In this document: piece by piece, positions 21,398-36,700 of the stretch
How positions within the stretch are numbered: position 1 is the first letter of the stretch
How the letters are laid out: every line of letters begins with the position of its first letter
The notes under the pieces: model-generated
Told to the model about the DNA's origin: nothing
What the model saw: the letters and a program-made list of their open reading frames with translations, nothing else
Database searches by the model: none
Origin: Vitrella brassicaformis CCMP3155
Lineage: Eukaryota > Protista > Chromerida
NCBI GenBank assembly: GCA_001179505.1
Contig: CDMY01000319.1
Location: 1 to 64,000, forward strand
Reading direction: 5' to 3'
Length of the DNA stretch: 64,000 nt
Position numbers and translations under genes: made by a program

Positions 21398-23807
21398 TCA
21401 CATCTGTGCGGCGTTGGGGTTGAATTTGGGGTTGGTCTGGGGGGCGGCGGTGGCGGGGTCCTCATCGGTCGTCATCTGCTGCTTCACCTCCGCCATGACC
21501 TCGTAGCGCAGAGCCTTGCGCAAGTGACGCACAATCCAAACCCTACCACAGACAGACCACAAAGGAGACGAGACGGACGGTCGAGCCGCCGACACTTTAT
21601 TTGAGGCAGGCAGGTGTGTAAGTACCTGTAGATGAAGAAGAGTGACACGACGACGATGGAAGCGCCGATGATGGAGACGAAGACGATCCACCAGGGGACG
21701 CCCTTCTCCTGCTCAAGCTTGTGCACCTTCTTCTCGAACTCGATCTTGCTCGGATGGAGCAGCGTGTCGCACTCCTGACAGACAGATATCGACATACATA
21801 CGCAGGGAGAGGGCGGCCGTTGGTGCGCTAGCTGGTGTCTCGTCTCATTGGTTGATGTGTGGACTTGTGTACCTTTGGTCGTTTTTCGAACCCTGAGCAG
21901 ACGGCTCGTGTGATGACCTCCGAGTCGAGGGGCCCGCTGTACCGCCAGTCGTTGATGCGCATCGCCAGGGGGCTCCACGCGTGGTTGAGGCGCTCCCTTT
22001 CCAATATCGACTCCTTGTCCTCCTGCGCACACAAACCGACACAGAGGCAGGTGGGGTGGTTGCGGTGCGTGTGGGTGCTGCGTTCTGACGTACGGTGAGG
22101 CATTTGTTGATCTGCTTCATGTCTGCGCCGAGCTTCTTCATGAGGGCTAGGGAGCACTCCTCGCCGAAGGCCTTGTTGCCCTTGCCATCCATCGGACACC
22201 TGCGCACCGCACACACGATTGACAGTATTCCCTGCCCTCCCCTCGTTCCTCCCTCCCTCGATGCCCGTGTTGTGCGTGTGGTGTCGTACGCCTTGGGTAG
22301 CTGGTCGACGTAGTTCCACCAGATCGCCGAGTAGTCGCCGCTCTGCTCCACATTGTGGTCAACAATCGCTGTCTTCTCCCACAGACACAATTGACTGCAC
22401 ACACACACCACACACACCACCGGTCAGTCGTAACTCTACCGTGCCCACGCATCCATCCATCCATCCATTTATCCATCCATTTATCCATCCATCCATCCAC
22501 CTCTGTTCGCTCACCGGACGGTTTCCTCGACCACGTCTTTGCCCGTGGTTGAGCCGGCCATGTCGGGGTCCAGGGCGCAGTAGGTGGCGTCGTCGTCTAT
22601 GCACAAGTCCTTGTAGTCCCGCGGGAGGCTGAAGATCCAGTAGTGCGGACGGAAATCAAGCTGCAAGGTGGTAAGGTGAGCAGCAACCACAGAACGAACA
22701 CCATACATACACACACACCACACAAGCACGAGAGAGAATGGAGAACGAGACGAGGAAGGGGAGAAGGGGAGAAGGAGTCGCCTTTGTCCTGACCTTGTGC
22801 TTGAGCGTCTTGGCGTAGTGGGAGTACTCCTGCAGGAATTCGATGCTCTTCTCCACCGCTGGGGTGATCCAGAAGTCCATCGACACCGTCGTCTCCTGCA
22901 GCGCAGCACCAGAGAAGACACAGACGAGAAGCCAATCCGTCGCCTGGTCTGGTCTCCGTCAAGACCTCCGCATATATGTGGGTCAGGTCTGCACCCACCC
23001 ACCTTTGGCACGTCCCAGGCCAGCTCGATGATGACGTTGTTTTCGTTCTTCTGGAGCTCCTCGATCAGCAGGGACCCCTCCTTGTCACTGATCAGGATGG
23101 ACGGCACCTTGACGTTGTCGCCCCAGCCGTCATCAGCCATGATGACTCGCTGGATCTCTGACGGTGTCCTGTTGGACCCCTCGGTGTCCACCACTATCAC
23201 CGCCATGGCCTCCTTTTTCTCAGCGATGCGAATCTTTGTCACGAAGTTGCAGTTCCCTGATATACGAAGGAACGAAACAAACAAACAAACGGTTAGAATG
23301 GCTGTGACGCTCTCTGCCCTTCGCCTCTCTGTCGCTGCCCTCCGCCTGTCTGCCTGTGGCTGCGGTTGGGGTGCCATATTGTGTGTGTTGTACCTCTCCT
23401 GACGACGATGATGTTGGGCAGCTTTCTTTCCTTTTCGCCGAGGGGGTCCGGGATGTCATAGTCGTCCTCGCGGCACCATTGGTCGCCCTTGGTCGGGCCG
23501 TACACCAAGCGGCCGGTTATCCGCTCGCCATAATACTGCCACACACACACGACCAGCAGCCACCATACTCACCCCAGCCGTCCCTTAGGCCTTCCCTCCC
23601 GCGGCGCCGCGCCCTGCCTCTGTGTGTGTGTGTGTGTTGTTTGTTGTGTGGGTATACCGGTGTGCCAAAGGCGGCAGTTGAGCCGTCGATCTCGGCCCTG
23701 TGGAACTTCTGGGAGAGGCTCTTTGGCTCGAGCACCTTGATTTGAGCCACTGTGCTGACGACGTACGCAAGGCAGACGCACACCGCCAGCGGCTTCCTGA
23801 GGACCAT
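21398..23807 (-). CDS. Plant-type vacuolar sorting receptor (VSR/BP-80-like; PA domain, type I membrane)
   Basis: Signal peptide; GSTAAFGTP; PA domain [13 protein letters not shown]; IMADDG; PHYW; [16 protein letters not shown]; WWNYV; [11 protein letters not shown]; single C-terminal TM helix. Confidence 0.88.
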
Positions 23808-24008
23808 CCTGTGTGATTCTGATGTGACAAGAGGCCCCCTGTGCGGCTGCGATGTGCGTGCGATCCTTGCGTCTGACAGCGCCCTTCTCCCTGTCACTTC
23901 GGAGGGACGTTGCGGCTCCCGATTTTTTGGCCGTTAGACTCCGAATTTACACGCGTACACGGAAAAGGAGGCTCGTCGGAGGGTACTCTCCCCCTGCCTC
24001 TCCCTCTC

Positions 24009-24043
<35 letters not shown>

Positions 24044-24270
24044 AGGGCCTTCACACAGCAAAGAGAGGAGGCGTCCTCAGGTCTTGTCAATGACCCGAAC
24101 GTCGGGCTCCTCATCACGGTGCCTGCTCATCCTGATCTACTTCCTCTGCGCCCGAAGCCCCCGCTGACCTCCCCCGAAGCCTTCTCTTCTGCGGGTTGGT
24201 TGGCTCAGTTCAGCTCAGCGCTCAGCCAGTAGGTACCCAGCCAGCAGAGATTGTTGTTTATTGATTGAGG

Positions 24271-24690
24271 ATGGGCAACGTGCAAAGCAGTGCAGGAGCG
24301 GCGACAGGGATTGGCCGTCACATCGCGGCCAGTGCCTGGACTTCATCAATCGTGCAGACGATGCGTCAGACGGCCTGCACAGCTTGCGCGACATCGGCTG
24401 CCTCCGCACAGCGGCTTGTTTCTCGCACATGTGGACTTCCCCCCGGCTGTGCTCAGCAGGCGGCTCTCTCGGTCCCTCTCTCAGACGCTGCTGGACGACG
24501 ACACGCCGCTCGAGGCCGAGGTGTCGCTCGGCCACCACTTGGAAGGAGCCGAGGTGCTCAAGTGCCTGTGGCTGGTGGAGCTCCAGCGATGGGACGAGGT
24601 GGCAGACGCCATGCGACTGGCCAGCCAGTGCGGCTTCTGCGATCTGCCCGCCATCATCACGCGCGAAGACCTCCAGAGGCATACGTACGG
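24271..24690 (+). pseudogene. Frameshifted fragment, probably of the same family as 9130-10230
   Basis: Similarity is split over three frames: LRDIGCLRTAAC (F-box-like) and VLKCLWLVELQRWDEVADAMRLA, which resembles CAHMLEQGDNGWRNIGALIRLA. Confidence 0.45.
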
Positions 24691-26277
24691 ACATACATAC
24701 GCTCCCTGGCTGTTTTTGCAAGCCTAGACAGATGTGTGTGTCGATGTGCGTAGTATTAATGTCATCTATGCAGTGTGGATATTCTCTCTCTCTCTCTCTC
24801 TGTGCGTATGGCTCCCTCCCGTGCCTACACATACACAGACAGCTGGCCGCGCCGGCGATGTCTGTGTGTGTGTGTGTGTGTGCGTATGAGGTGCGTGTGG
24901 CTTAGTAGTGCACATCACCGCATCCGTGACAGAGCGACAGAGAGATCAACAGAGGCTACCAACATCTATCCATCTGGACAAACGCGTGCACATGGGTGTG
25001 GATGGACGGATGGATGAGATCAATCAATGAATATCTGTGTGTGTGAGCGGAGTCTTCTTGGCCAACCAGATAGATCATCCGATCAGCCTCCGTGCATTCA
25101 CCACATTTGCCGGCCCTCGTTTCCGAATCACATCCATATTGAGCAATAGTGTTTTAAGTTAGTTGACACACAACTGTCCACACCACACACACACACACAT
25201 GCATGCATTCCTTCTCACACAAATAATGCTAAGGATGGCCGGCCGGCACCCAGCCAGCCAGCCAGCCAGGAGAGAGCAAACTCCCTCACACTCTTGAACA
25301 CACACACACGCACGCACGCCGTGGACAGCTGGGTGGGTGGATGGATGGATGGGTGAATGAATGTCGCAAAAAGACGCGAGTCCTGGCCGATAGATAGGCA
25401 TCATGCAGACGGTCACGGACACCACACCACACCCTGATGTAGGAAGGTAGGCAGGAGCCAGCCAGCCAGACAGCCAAGTAGAGAGAGCGAGGCAAGAGGA
25501 GGTAAGCAGGCAGGCAGGCCGGTGCACCAGCCAGATCCAATTTCGAAATCCAGGTAGAGGCACCAACACCGGCCATGGCGGGAAATGAACGGCGTCGCTG
25601 CAAACAAACACCGTGACTCTCGGCCGGATTGTGTCCTTCCCTGGCGACCCCCCACGTGCCTCCCGATCAACCGTCTCAACCAGAGGGATCGCCCTGAGCT
25701 GGTGATCACCCTCTGGTGGTGACGGCTGCATCGGAGTGGCGTACAGGGCCGCAGTGGCAGACACAACCCGGCCCCCGTCACACACATACCAACCGTGGGC
25801 AGCCCTTCAGCCAGCCAGCTGTACAGCCCACCAGAAAGACATGTCACCTGCCCCGCCCCCAGAAAGATGGACAGCGAGTTAAATAACAACGCACTCGGAT
25901 GGATGGATGGGTGGACGGACGCCATGAGTGAGTGCATCGGAAGGCTCACTCACCCCACCCAGGAGCCCCCTCCCCTTGTCAGTCAACCAACACAGAGGCA
26001 TTCATTCCATTCATGTGTGTGTGTATGTATTTACAGAACAAAGAGGGAGGGAGGAAGGGAGGAACGAATATATGAGGGAGGGGAATGAGGAGTGAATTGC
26101 CATGCCCATGCACACCCCATCCCCCCTTGCCCCCCCCCCCACCCGTCAGCGAGTCAGTCAGTCAGTCAGTCGGGAAGTCAGTGGAAGACAGTTGGTTGCA
26201 TTGCACGCAATAAATAAAGGCATCCGTTCGTTAGGCAGCAGGCAGCAAAGAAACCAACCACAGCCACCATCCACCCA

Positions 26278-26577
26278 NNNNNNNNNNNNNNNNNNNNNNN
26301 NNNNNNNNNNNNNNNNNNNNNNNNNNNNNNNNNNNNNNNNNNNNNNNNNNNNNNNNNNNNNNNNNNNNNNNNNNNNNNNNNNNNNNNNNNNNNNNNNNNN
26401 NNNNNNNNNNNNNNNNNNNNNNNNNNNNNNNNNNNNNNNNNNNNNNNNNNNNNNNNNNNNNNNNNNNNNNNNNNNNNNNNNNNNNNNNNNNNNNNNNNNN
26501 NNNNNNNNNNNNNNNNNNNNNNNNNNNNNNNNNNNNNNNNNNNNNNNNNNNNNNNNNNNNNNNNNNNNNNNNNNNNN
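26278..26577. other. Assembly gap (300 N)
   Basis: Run of N. Confidence 1.
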
Positions 26578-27027
26578 CACCCGCCCGCCCGCCCACACTG
26601 TCTCTCTGTGTCACTCAGCGAGGGATATATGATACAAGCTTGGATCGAAAAGAGAGGGAGGGAGGGAGGGAGAAAGATACACATACGCTGGGCTGTCTGT
26701 GCACTCATTACGTTAGTTACGCATGTGTGGTGTGTCGATTGATTCAATGAATGCAGTGAATGCAGTGAATGCGCAAACAAACAAAGAAGAACGAACAACG
26801 AAAACGCCAAATAAATAAAGGCAGCACGACAGACACGCACCCTCCCTCCCTCCATCCCTCCCAACATATATCCAACACCCAGTGACCCAACGAATAATGT
26901 CAATCAACCAAACCACCAGCCCTTCACCCAAAGAAAACCCACACACTCACGCATGGCCATGCATGGACCCAGACAGACACGCTCAAGAAAGGAACGAGGT
27001 ATCGACGGAGGGAGGGAGGGAGCTAGC

Positions 27028-28704
27028 CTAGCGTATCTTCTTCTTCTCTACTGGCTTCAGTATCTGACAATCCAAACCAACCAACACCAGCACACCACCA
27101 CACCCACAGGCAGCCTGCCATTATCGATCCGTCCGTGTGCTGTGCTGTGCGCTTGCTTTAGACCGATCCGTGCGCCGCGCCGCGCCGGTGTGTGTGATGT
27201 AGGTAGGTACCAACATACCTGGAAAGAGCACATGAGTGTCTCGTCGACGGACATCATGGCGCCGGCGTTGTCGAACTCGCCGCAGTAGTTGGGGGCGCTG
27301 AACAGCGTCACCAGCTGACGCTTCGCGAAGAACTCGTACCCGTCCTCAACAACCTGATACACACACACACAGATACACACGTGTGTGAGAGAAGTGTGTT
27401 GTGTGTGAGTAGAGTACCTACCTGGTGTGCCCTGCAGACGAGGTCCAGGTCGTGTTTCCTGAGGAAGTTGTGCACGACGTCCTGTCCGAAGGTGAAGGAG
27501 ACGCCCCGGTCGTTCTCCCCCCAACCGTTGATCTCCTTCTCGGGATCGCTCCACAACAAATCACACAGCAACCCTGCAGCAGGCCACACACCACACCACG
27601 CCTCACCACACCACACACTGCCTGTTTGCTGCGTTGACGAGTGTGTCGTTCGTTCGTTGGTTCGTGTGTGTGGGTGTGGTGTGTTAGACTACACACCTAT
27701 ATACCTGTGTCGGGTACGTCTGTAGGTCGTACGATCCGTCTGATTTGGTCCATGGAGTTGAGTTCGGGTGAGAGGCCGCCGTGCATGCACATGATCTTCT
27801 CGTCGATGATGGCCGCCACCGGCAGGCAGTTGAAGCAGTCCGTGAAGGTCTTCCACAACTTGATGTTGTACCGACGCTTGCCTGATAGCAGTCAGGGAGG
27901 GAGGTGAGTGAGTGCATTCGTGTAGTTAGTGATTGGCTCGTGTGTGTGTGTGTGTGCGTGTGTGTGTGTACACTCGTCATAGAAGCCGTAGATGCGGTTG
28001 ATCGAGGCGCACTCGTGGTTGCCCCTCAGCAGGAAAAAATTCTCTGACGGCCATATATTGCAATGGCACCACAACAACCACAGCAATAAATCCGGTCCTC
28101 GTGCTGTGGGTGACCGTCTTCCCTCCCTCCCTCCCCCCCCCTCCCCCACCTGGGTATTTGATCTTGTAGGCCAGCAGCAGGCATATCGTCTCCAACGACT
28201 GCTTCCCGCGGTCAACATAGTCGCCTGACCACACACAGCCCAGCCCCGGGGGCACACGACAGACAATAAATCCACAAGCAATGCAATCAATGCACTCTCT
28301 CTCCGTGTGTCCGCCTGCCTCTCCGTAGCTATGTCCGTACCGAGGAAGAGGTAGTTGGCCTCGGGGGGGAAGCCACCGTACTCGAACAGCCTGAGGAGGT
28401 CGTAGTACTGCCCGTGGATGTCGCCACAGATCTTGATGGGCGCCTCCAGCTCGAGCAGCACCGGCTGGCTGATGAAGATCTCGCGGCTCTTGACGCAGAT
28501 GCCGCGCACCTCCTGCTCAGTCAGCTGCACCGGCTTGCCGGGACGAGAGCCACGCACCTCCAGCAGCTTGTCACTGGTGGACACAGAGAGAGGTAAATAA
28601 AGAGGAAGGAGGTGTCCAGTGCTGCTGCTGTAGTTTGCGGTGTTGTGCGTGTTGTGGTCGGCTTACATGACACTGTCGACGTCAATGTCCGTCGACTGAG
28701 ACAT
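27028..28704 (-). CDS. PP1: Serine/threonine protein phosphatase 1 catalytic subunit, 7 exons
   Basis: [45 protein letters not shown] and [11 protein letters not shown]. All junctions are in frame. Ends [11 protein letters not shown]. Confidence 0.98.
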
Positions 28705-29180
28705 GGTGGCCCTCTGGCAGCCCTCAGGCCTGCCCCTTCCCTGGTCGCCCTGCTCTACGCCACTCCTCCCACTTCAACACACACTACCACTACCAAACCG
28801 CACCCGCAGAGGTCCGTTAAATAAGCAGGGCGGAAAGGGCCACCAACAGACTGGCCGTGCGTACGCCTCCACAACCAGCCCTTTCTTCTCCAAAACCAAA
28901 CGACTTCTTTGAAAGCTCGCACAGGCGATCAGGTTTCCACGCCCCTTTTTCGTCTGCCTTGGAAGCAGACTGGGAGCATCTTGGGCTATCGTCGGAAAAA
29001 GGCTTCAAACTTTCAGTTCACTTTGCGTACACCCTGAGGGCGCCAAGGTGACCGCCGACTGCGCTCGAACATCCGCAGTGGTACGCAGGCAGGCACCTCG
29101 TGTGCCACAGGACGGGACAGAATCAGCCGCCTGTCTGTATGCCTGTTTAATTGTGGTCTGTGTGGCGTCCCTGCCTGCAG

Positions 29181-29862
29181 GTGTGCTTGTCTGGGGGGTT
29201 CGATAACTGTCGTACGATGGCTGCGGTGCTGCTGGGCGCATGTGTTCGTGTGTACATTACTTGTAAGTAAGATATGTCGGCCGATGTGTCGACGACTGAC
29301 TGACTGTATTTCACTGAATGTCCGTGTCTGTCTGGTTCTGTGGTCGCCCTTTCTATGGTACCTACCGGCCGTGTACGGCTGGATTGGTCGGTCTGTCTGT
29401 CTGTCTGGATGCACTGTCAGTCACCTGCCCGCCCGTATATGAGTATGTGAGTATAGAACAGACAGACAGACAGACAGGTGAACACACATATACAGTACAC
29501 ACATCTGTCCGTTGGACTGCCTGCATGTCAATTTGTGTGGATGGGAGAGAATGAGACTGTTCTCAAGAGAGAGAGAGAGAGAGAGTTTCGGTTTTCCTGC
29601 ATCCATCCAGTGTGTCCTCCCCCCTCTCTCTCTGCTTTGTGGGTATCTCCGTAGCCCAGCCCGAGATGCGCACGGAGGGAAAGTGGACAGACACGCGCCA
29701 CTGTGATAATTCCATGTCTACACACACTGACACTGACAGTGACACTTGACTCGACACACATGGATGGATGGATGGATGAATGGATTTGTGCAGTGCCTGC
29801 TCATCCTGATTGACTTCCTCTACTACCTGGTGGCCAAAGCCAAGGGAATGACCGACATCTGA
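29181..29862 (+). CDS. Possible small multi-exon membrane protein absent from the ORF track
   Basis: Phase-compatible micro-exons lie between microsatellite introns. The terminal exon encodes CLLILIDFLYYLVAKAKGMTDI*. One acceptor could not be found. Confidence 0.3.
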
Positions 29863-32800
29863 CCGACAAGACACCTTAATGGTTGCGGCCACTCGGTCGT
29901 GAGAGGAATTATTGGCCGTGCCATGGCTGTCTGTCTACCGGTGGACTAGCTCGGTGCAGGGCTATGGATAACCAACTGGATGTGTGTGACGGCATCCAGA
30001 GAAACAGACATAGAGAAAGGCCAATTTGTCTGAACGGGATGTGCGTGACGTTACCCGTTGCCCAAGTATGTATGTGTTCTGCATGAATCTTACATTGACC
30101 GTGTGTCCTTTCCGTGTGTCTCTTACAGTCGTCACAAGCAGTCACACACACAAGGCATTCGTCCCGCACAGCATCACAACACCACACCACAGAGAAACCA
30201 GCCAGCCAGAGAGCCCGACGCGGGCATCAGAGACAGCGTGACGGTATGTAGTGGGGGGTCAGCTCATCTCATCTCATCTCATCTCATCCATCCATCCATC
30301 CATGCGCCACACATCCATTCATCGATCCATGCATCCATCCACCTTGAGAAATCACCGTAAGTGCCCAATAGGACACGCAACATCAAGTCACGTCCTCTAC
30401 ACACTCCACACATGGATGGGATTAGATGTGTGTGGGGCCGGCCAGTGTGTGAGTGAGGGCGCATACGTACACGCACGAACAGATGAGGTGCCGCCGGCAC
30501 GTATGTGGTCGATCGACAAAAGAAAACAATAAAAACCGAGAGCAGGCGGCCATTCCAAACGTCCATCCATCCATTCATTGTGTGCTGCCCGAGTGCCGGG
30601 CCCGTCGGCCAGGCGAGCTTGACGGCGGGCCATCTCACACCGGGTTACGCACAACAAACAGACGAACAGACATACATACAGACAGACAGACACAAGGGAA
30701 GGTCAAGAGCGCCGCTCAGTGAAGAGCAGCGCAAGCACTCAAGGAGAGGCTAGCGGACAGACGGACAGAGGCCAATCGACACATACACACAGCAGCAGCA
30801 TGACCGCACACAACAACACCATCCCACACCACACCACAGCATACCATACACACCCGCCCCCGACAAGCACACCACCACCACCCGGTTTTTTCGGTCAACG
30901 AGAACAGCGCCGACGCACATAAGTAGACAGACGGGGAGAGGACAGCGACACACCACACCCAGGCACACAACAACAGCAACAACAACAACAACAACAAAAG
31001 AACCGGCCGCACATCGGCGGCTAGAGGTGGAACGTAATCAACACAAACGAAAACGGAGCATCGTCACGACACTCGGCGAAAAACTCACAGTGTACGCACC
31101 ATACGGTACGATGGGCAAAAGGAAAGTTAGGATGAGGAGAACAAAAGGCAAGGGGTAGGGCTGCTGAAAAAAGACACGGAGGCATGAAAGGAAATCGAAA
31201 AAGGCAGGCAGCCGCTGCGGCTGCTCAAAAGGGATACAATACACTAATTAATGAACTAACGTACATCCATACCATTAAAAAAAAAAAACAAGAAACAGCC
31301 ATCCTCTCCCGTCTGTCTACATATGGCTCAGCTGGTGGTGGCGGTGGGTGGTACACACAACGAAAAAGACAGGACACTCGGGCTTCCGTCCGGCCACACA
31401 CCGGCGAGCGACATACACAACACCATGACGGCCCCGCCCATATGCCGTTGGTTCGTGTACCGCCACGTGTAAGTGTGGGGGCCAGCTGTCTGTCGTGTGC
31501 GTGAGCGCGCGTGTGTGGTGTTAGTTACCATCGGCACGACCTCTCTCGATTCAATAAGTGGCAGCAGACAGCCAGGCGCCAAATGCGTCCATCCATCCAT
31601 CGGTGAGTGAGTGAGGGAGCAAGGCAAGAAGGACATCCATACATTGGAAAAACTGACAGCCAGCCAGCCAGCCAGCCAGCCAGGCAGACAGACCATACAT
31701 ACAGCACACCCGCAAGTGAGACTGTAAAAAGATGGCCACGAGGGGCCGCGTGTGTGTATGCGCGAGGGGGCAAGGAAAGAAGCACGTCGATCCCCCAACC
31801 GACCGACCGACCTCAGCACGGAATCCACGGCATCCATGGCGACCATCCATCCATCCATCCATCCATCCACACATGATGCATACGAACACCCAGCCAGTCA
31901 GGCAGGAGGCAAGGTGCCGACCAAAAATAGCATCATGCAGAGCCAAGTGAGTGGGTGGGATTCATCGATCGTATCATACATACCCGACGCAGTGGCGCCC
32001 ACACACTGAGTATGCAGGCACCACCAACACAGCACAGCTCACCGATTAGACAAATAGGAAGCCAGCCATCAATGCACTCGACAGGCGCAGGCAGGCACGC
32101 ATGTGTTGGAAACAGGCCATCCATCCATCCATCCACGAGAAACGTCTTCTGGACTGGACACCAGCCACTTGGCGCCCCATACGTACGTGTCGTGTATGCC
32201 TCACTACGGATGGGTTATGTGGACGGAAATAGATACTCTAGGGACTAGTGAGTGATCGTGATCGTGCCTCGGCAGCACCACAAGCAGCACAAGACACTGT
32301 CCAAAGAGAAGCATGCACAAAGAGGTATCACGACGAAGGATACGGCTCTTCGCTGTACGGCACACAGCGAAAAACGCTGGCTGTGTTGAGGCGTCTCCGC
32401 CATGCTCTCTCCCAGATCTCTCTCTCACACGTGCGCACATACACCCACACCCACAAAACGAGCCATATATTGCATCCATCCGCCCAGTCCACTGACAGCC
32501 GATATCTATCTATCTGTGTTTGGCCGAGATGGGAAGGGCGAGAAAGGCTAGCGAAGAGTCAGTCAACGAGGACACAAATACATTTCATGTATATCCATCA
32601 GCAAATCGCCACGGCCACACCTGCCTCACTCACTCACTCACTCACTCACCCCATAAATACGTAAGTTGGTGCATCCAGGCGGACGACAAACAGCCATTCC
32701 ACACACTCGACAAAGAGACGGCCAGACAGGCAGACAGACAGACAGGCAGCTGTGTAGGGCTCGTTTCGCAGCAACAGATATACCGGCTGGCAGGCACCAG

Positions 32801-33253
32801 CCAGACCAAGGGTAAATTGCACGACAAAAACACACACATAAATCAACGAGTGACATCGACAAAGAGGCACAGCTACACACAAAGAAACCCACAACAACGA
32901 GGACACGTGCGACAGCTATCTCTGTGCTGTGCGTGCCTTTCTCTGGTGGGTGTTGAGAAGGACGGGCGCGGTGGGTGTGTTAACTCTACAGAGGCAGTCG
33001 TGGGAGTGCTGCCTGCTGGATCCTCTCCTCTCTCTCTCTCTCTCTCTCCGGTAAGTATCAGTCCATGAATGAAGGGAGCAAGGCACTATCGTCAGATCTA
33101 TCTGTGTGTGCGGGGGGAGGCAGGCAGGTACATGCAGCCAGACAGCTAGCAGTAAGGCAGCATCCAACCATCCATATCATATCATATCTGTCACCTTTCC
33201 ACCACCCACCCTCCCTCCCACCTCCCTCCCTCCCTCCTACCACACTCAGCCAC

Positions 33254-35093
33254 TCACTGGGTTATCCGAACACTCCTGACCGTCTTGGTCCACCTGCTGA
33301 TGGTGGTGTTGGCCGCACCCACATAGGCCGCTGCCGCGCTGCACCGCCGCACCGTCTTTACCATGTTGTACCCCTCAGACACCAACGAGTGGCCGTCGCC
33401 ACGGACGAATGAAGTGCACTCCACTGCGGCGCCATCCTGGGACTGGTCGGCACGAGCATCGTTCTGGCCGGGGGTGATGGCCTGGTCGTCCTCCTTCGGC
33501 GCGCGCGGGGCGGAGATCAGCGAGGGAGCAGCGGCGAACGGCTCTGCAACGGCACCAGAGGCGTCACACAACTCGACGTCGACGGCCTGCAGACAGAGAC
33601 CAGCAAGAGCGACACGGGCAGTGCAGTGCCATCCATCCATCGCTTTGCTGTGTGAGAAGAAGTGTGCAACACACCTTTGCTTGATCGTCCTGAGGCCCGT
33701 TGACACCCGGTAGCACCACAACCCCCACCTCGTCAGATCCCCCATAGCCCACCGAGTAGCCCTCCCCCGACCTCTCGGCCTCGTCGAACACGATGGCCAC
33801 GGAGGACTCCCGTTCGGCAGGCGCGTCCTCTCGGCCGTCTGCGGCGGCATGTTGGATCTGCTTATGCTCAAATGGGGCGGGGAGGGGGGAAGGAGTGGAA
33901 GCAGACACGCCGTCCAGCTCACCACGAACAGCAGCAGCGGCTCTTGAACGGCCCTCGTCAACGACCTGACAGACCAAACAATCAAGGCAACCACATCCAT
34001 CCATCCATCCATCCATCCATCCGAGTGTTGTGTTATCATGTGGGTGAGTCGACCTCACTCGTTCCCTCACCTGTGCAGAGCCGTCGGCAACCTCGTCAAC
34101 AATGCCCTCCACCTCACCCACCATGACCACACCGTCGTCAACGGCATCATTGCCGACGATCGCCATAGGCGTCGACTCGCCGTTGTGTTGGGAGGGGGCG
34201 GGGAGGGGGGAGGAAGCACTAACAGACACGTGGAGCGCCGCAGCGTCCGGCTGGTCAGCATGAGCGGCCACGATGGCACACGAAGGGCCCTCGTCAGCAC
34301 GACGATACAACTGAAGACACACAGACAGACCCAAGGACCAACACAACACACACGTGCACCCACGGGTGTGGGTCGGCCTCACTCGTTGCCTCACCTGTGC
34401 AGAACCGTCGTCAACCTCGTCAACAACACCCACTACGACATCGACATCCCTAATCCCCAACCCATCCCCACCATCCCCACCAAACCCACCCTCGCCAGCA
34501 GCCCTGCTACCCTCCTGCACCACCCCTTGGCGGCTCGTGTCGTACTGTGTCGTCAGGCGGGGGGCGGGGGAGGGGGACACACGCACTGCCGACGACTGAC
34601 GGTGCAAGGCTGACTTGTCCACACCACCCGCTGCACGCCCCTTGTCGCCCACACGTGTGCCCTTCGTTACGTTGGCGCGGGTCGGCGGCTTGGGCGGCGG
34701 GGCCTTGCGGGCAACGGGACACTTCGCGCGACCTCCGGCGAGCTTGGGGTTGTTCTGGAGCATCTCCCGATATGTCCTCAGCTCCTCCTCCTCGGCCCTC
34801 TGATGTGCCCTCGCCTTTGCGGCCGCCCTCTCCCTCTGGCGCACAGCCGCTGCGGCCATATGAGGATTGACGTCAGGTCGACCACTGGGCGGCTTGCTGG
34901 CGATGCATGCACCGCTGCCGAGTCCTGCAGGCCGCTGAGGACGGCACTGGTGGCCACTGCGATGGTGCTGCGCCTTGCTGCTGGTGCCGGGGGGCCCTTT
35001 GGGGGGATATATGCCGCAGCCCATGTAGCTTGCGCGCCCCGACAGTCTGTAGTCCGCCACGAGACCGTTCTTCCTCACCGCCGCCGGCGGCAT
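33254..35093 (-). CDS. Hypothetical low-complexity protein with tandemly duplicated exon/intron units
   Basis: Long ORFs with in-frame introns. Repeated VDEVxDGSAQ|GTGAG units. Confidence 0.5.
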
Positions 35094-35269
35094 GGTGGTG
35101 GATATGGCGCGAAACGACGAGAAAACTTATCAAACACTGGCAACTGTTCTGTTGCTGCCTGCTCTTGCCGGCACTCCTCTTCTCGGCTGCTTTTTTCTCT
35201 CCTCCGCGCGAGCTTGAGACGAGCGGTTTCACGCAATGTCCTAAGATTCATCGACGTTCTGCTGAGGCC

Positions 35270-36700
<1,431 letters not shown>

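Noticed and set aside
26102-26903. Long ORFs spanning N runs (also 57805-59095)
   Set aside because: Artefacts of translating assembly gaps.
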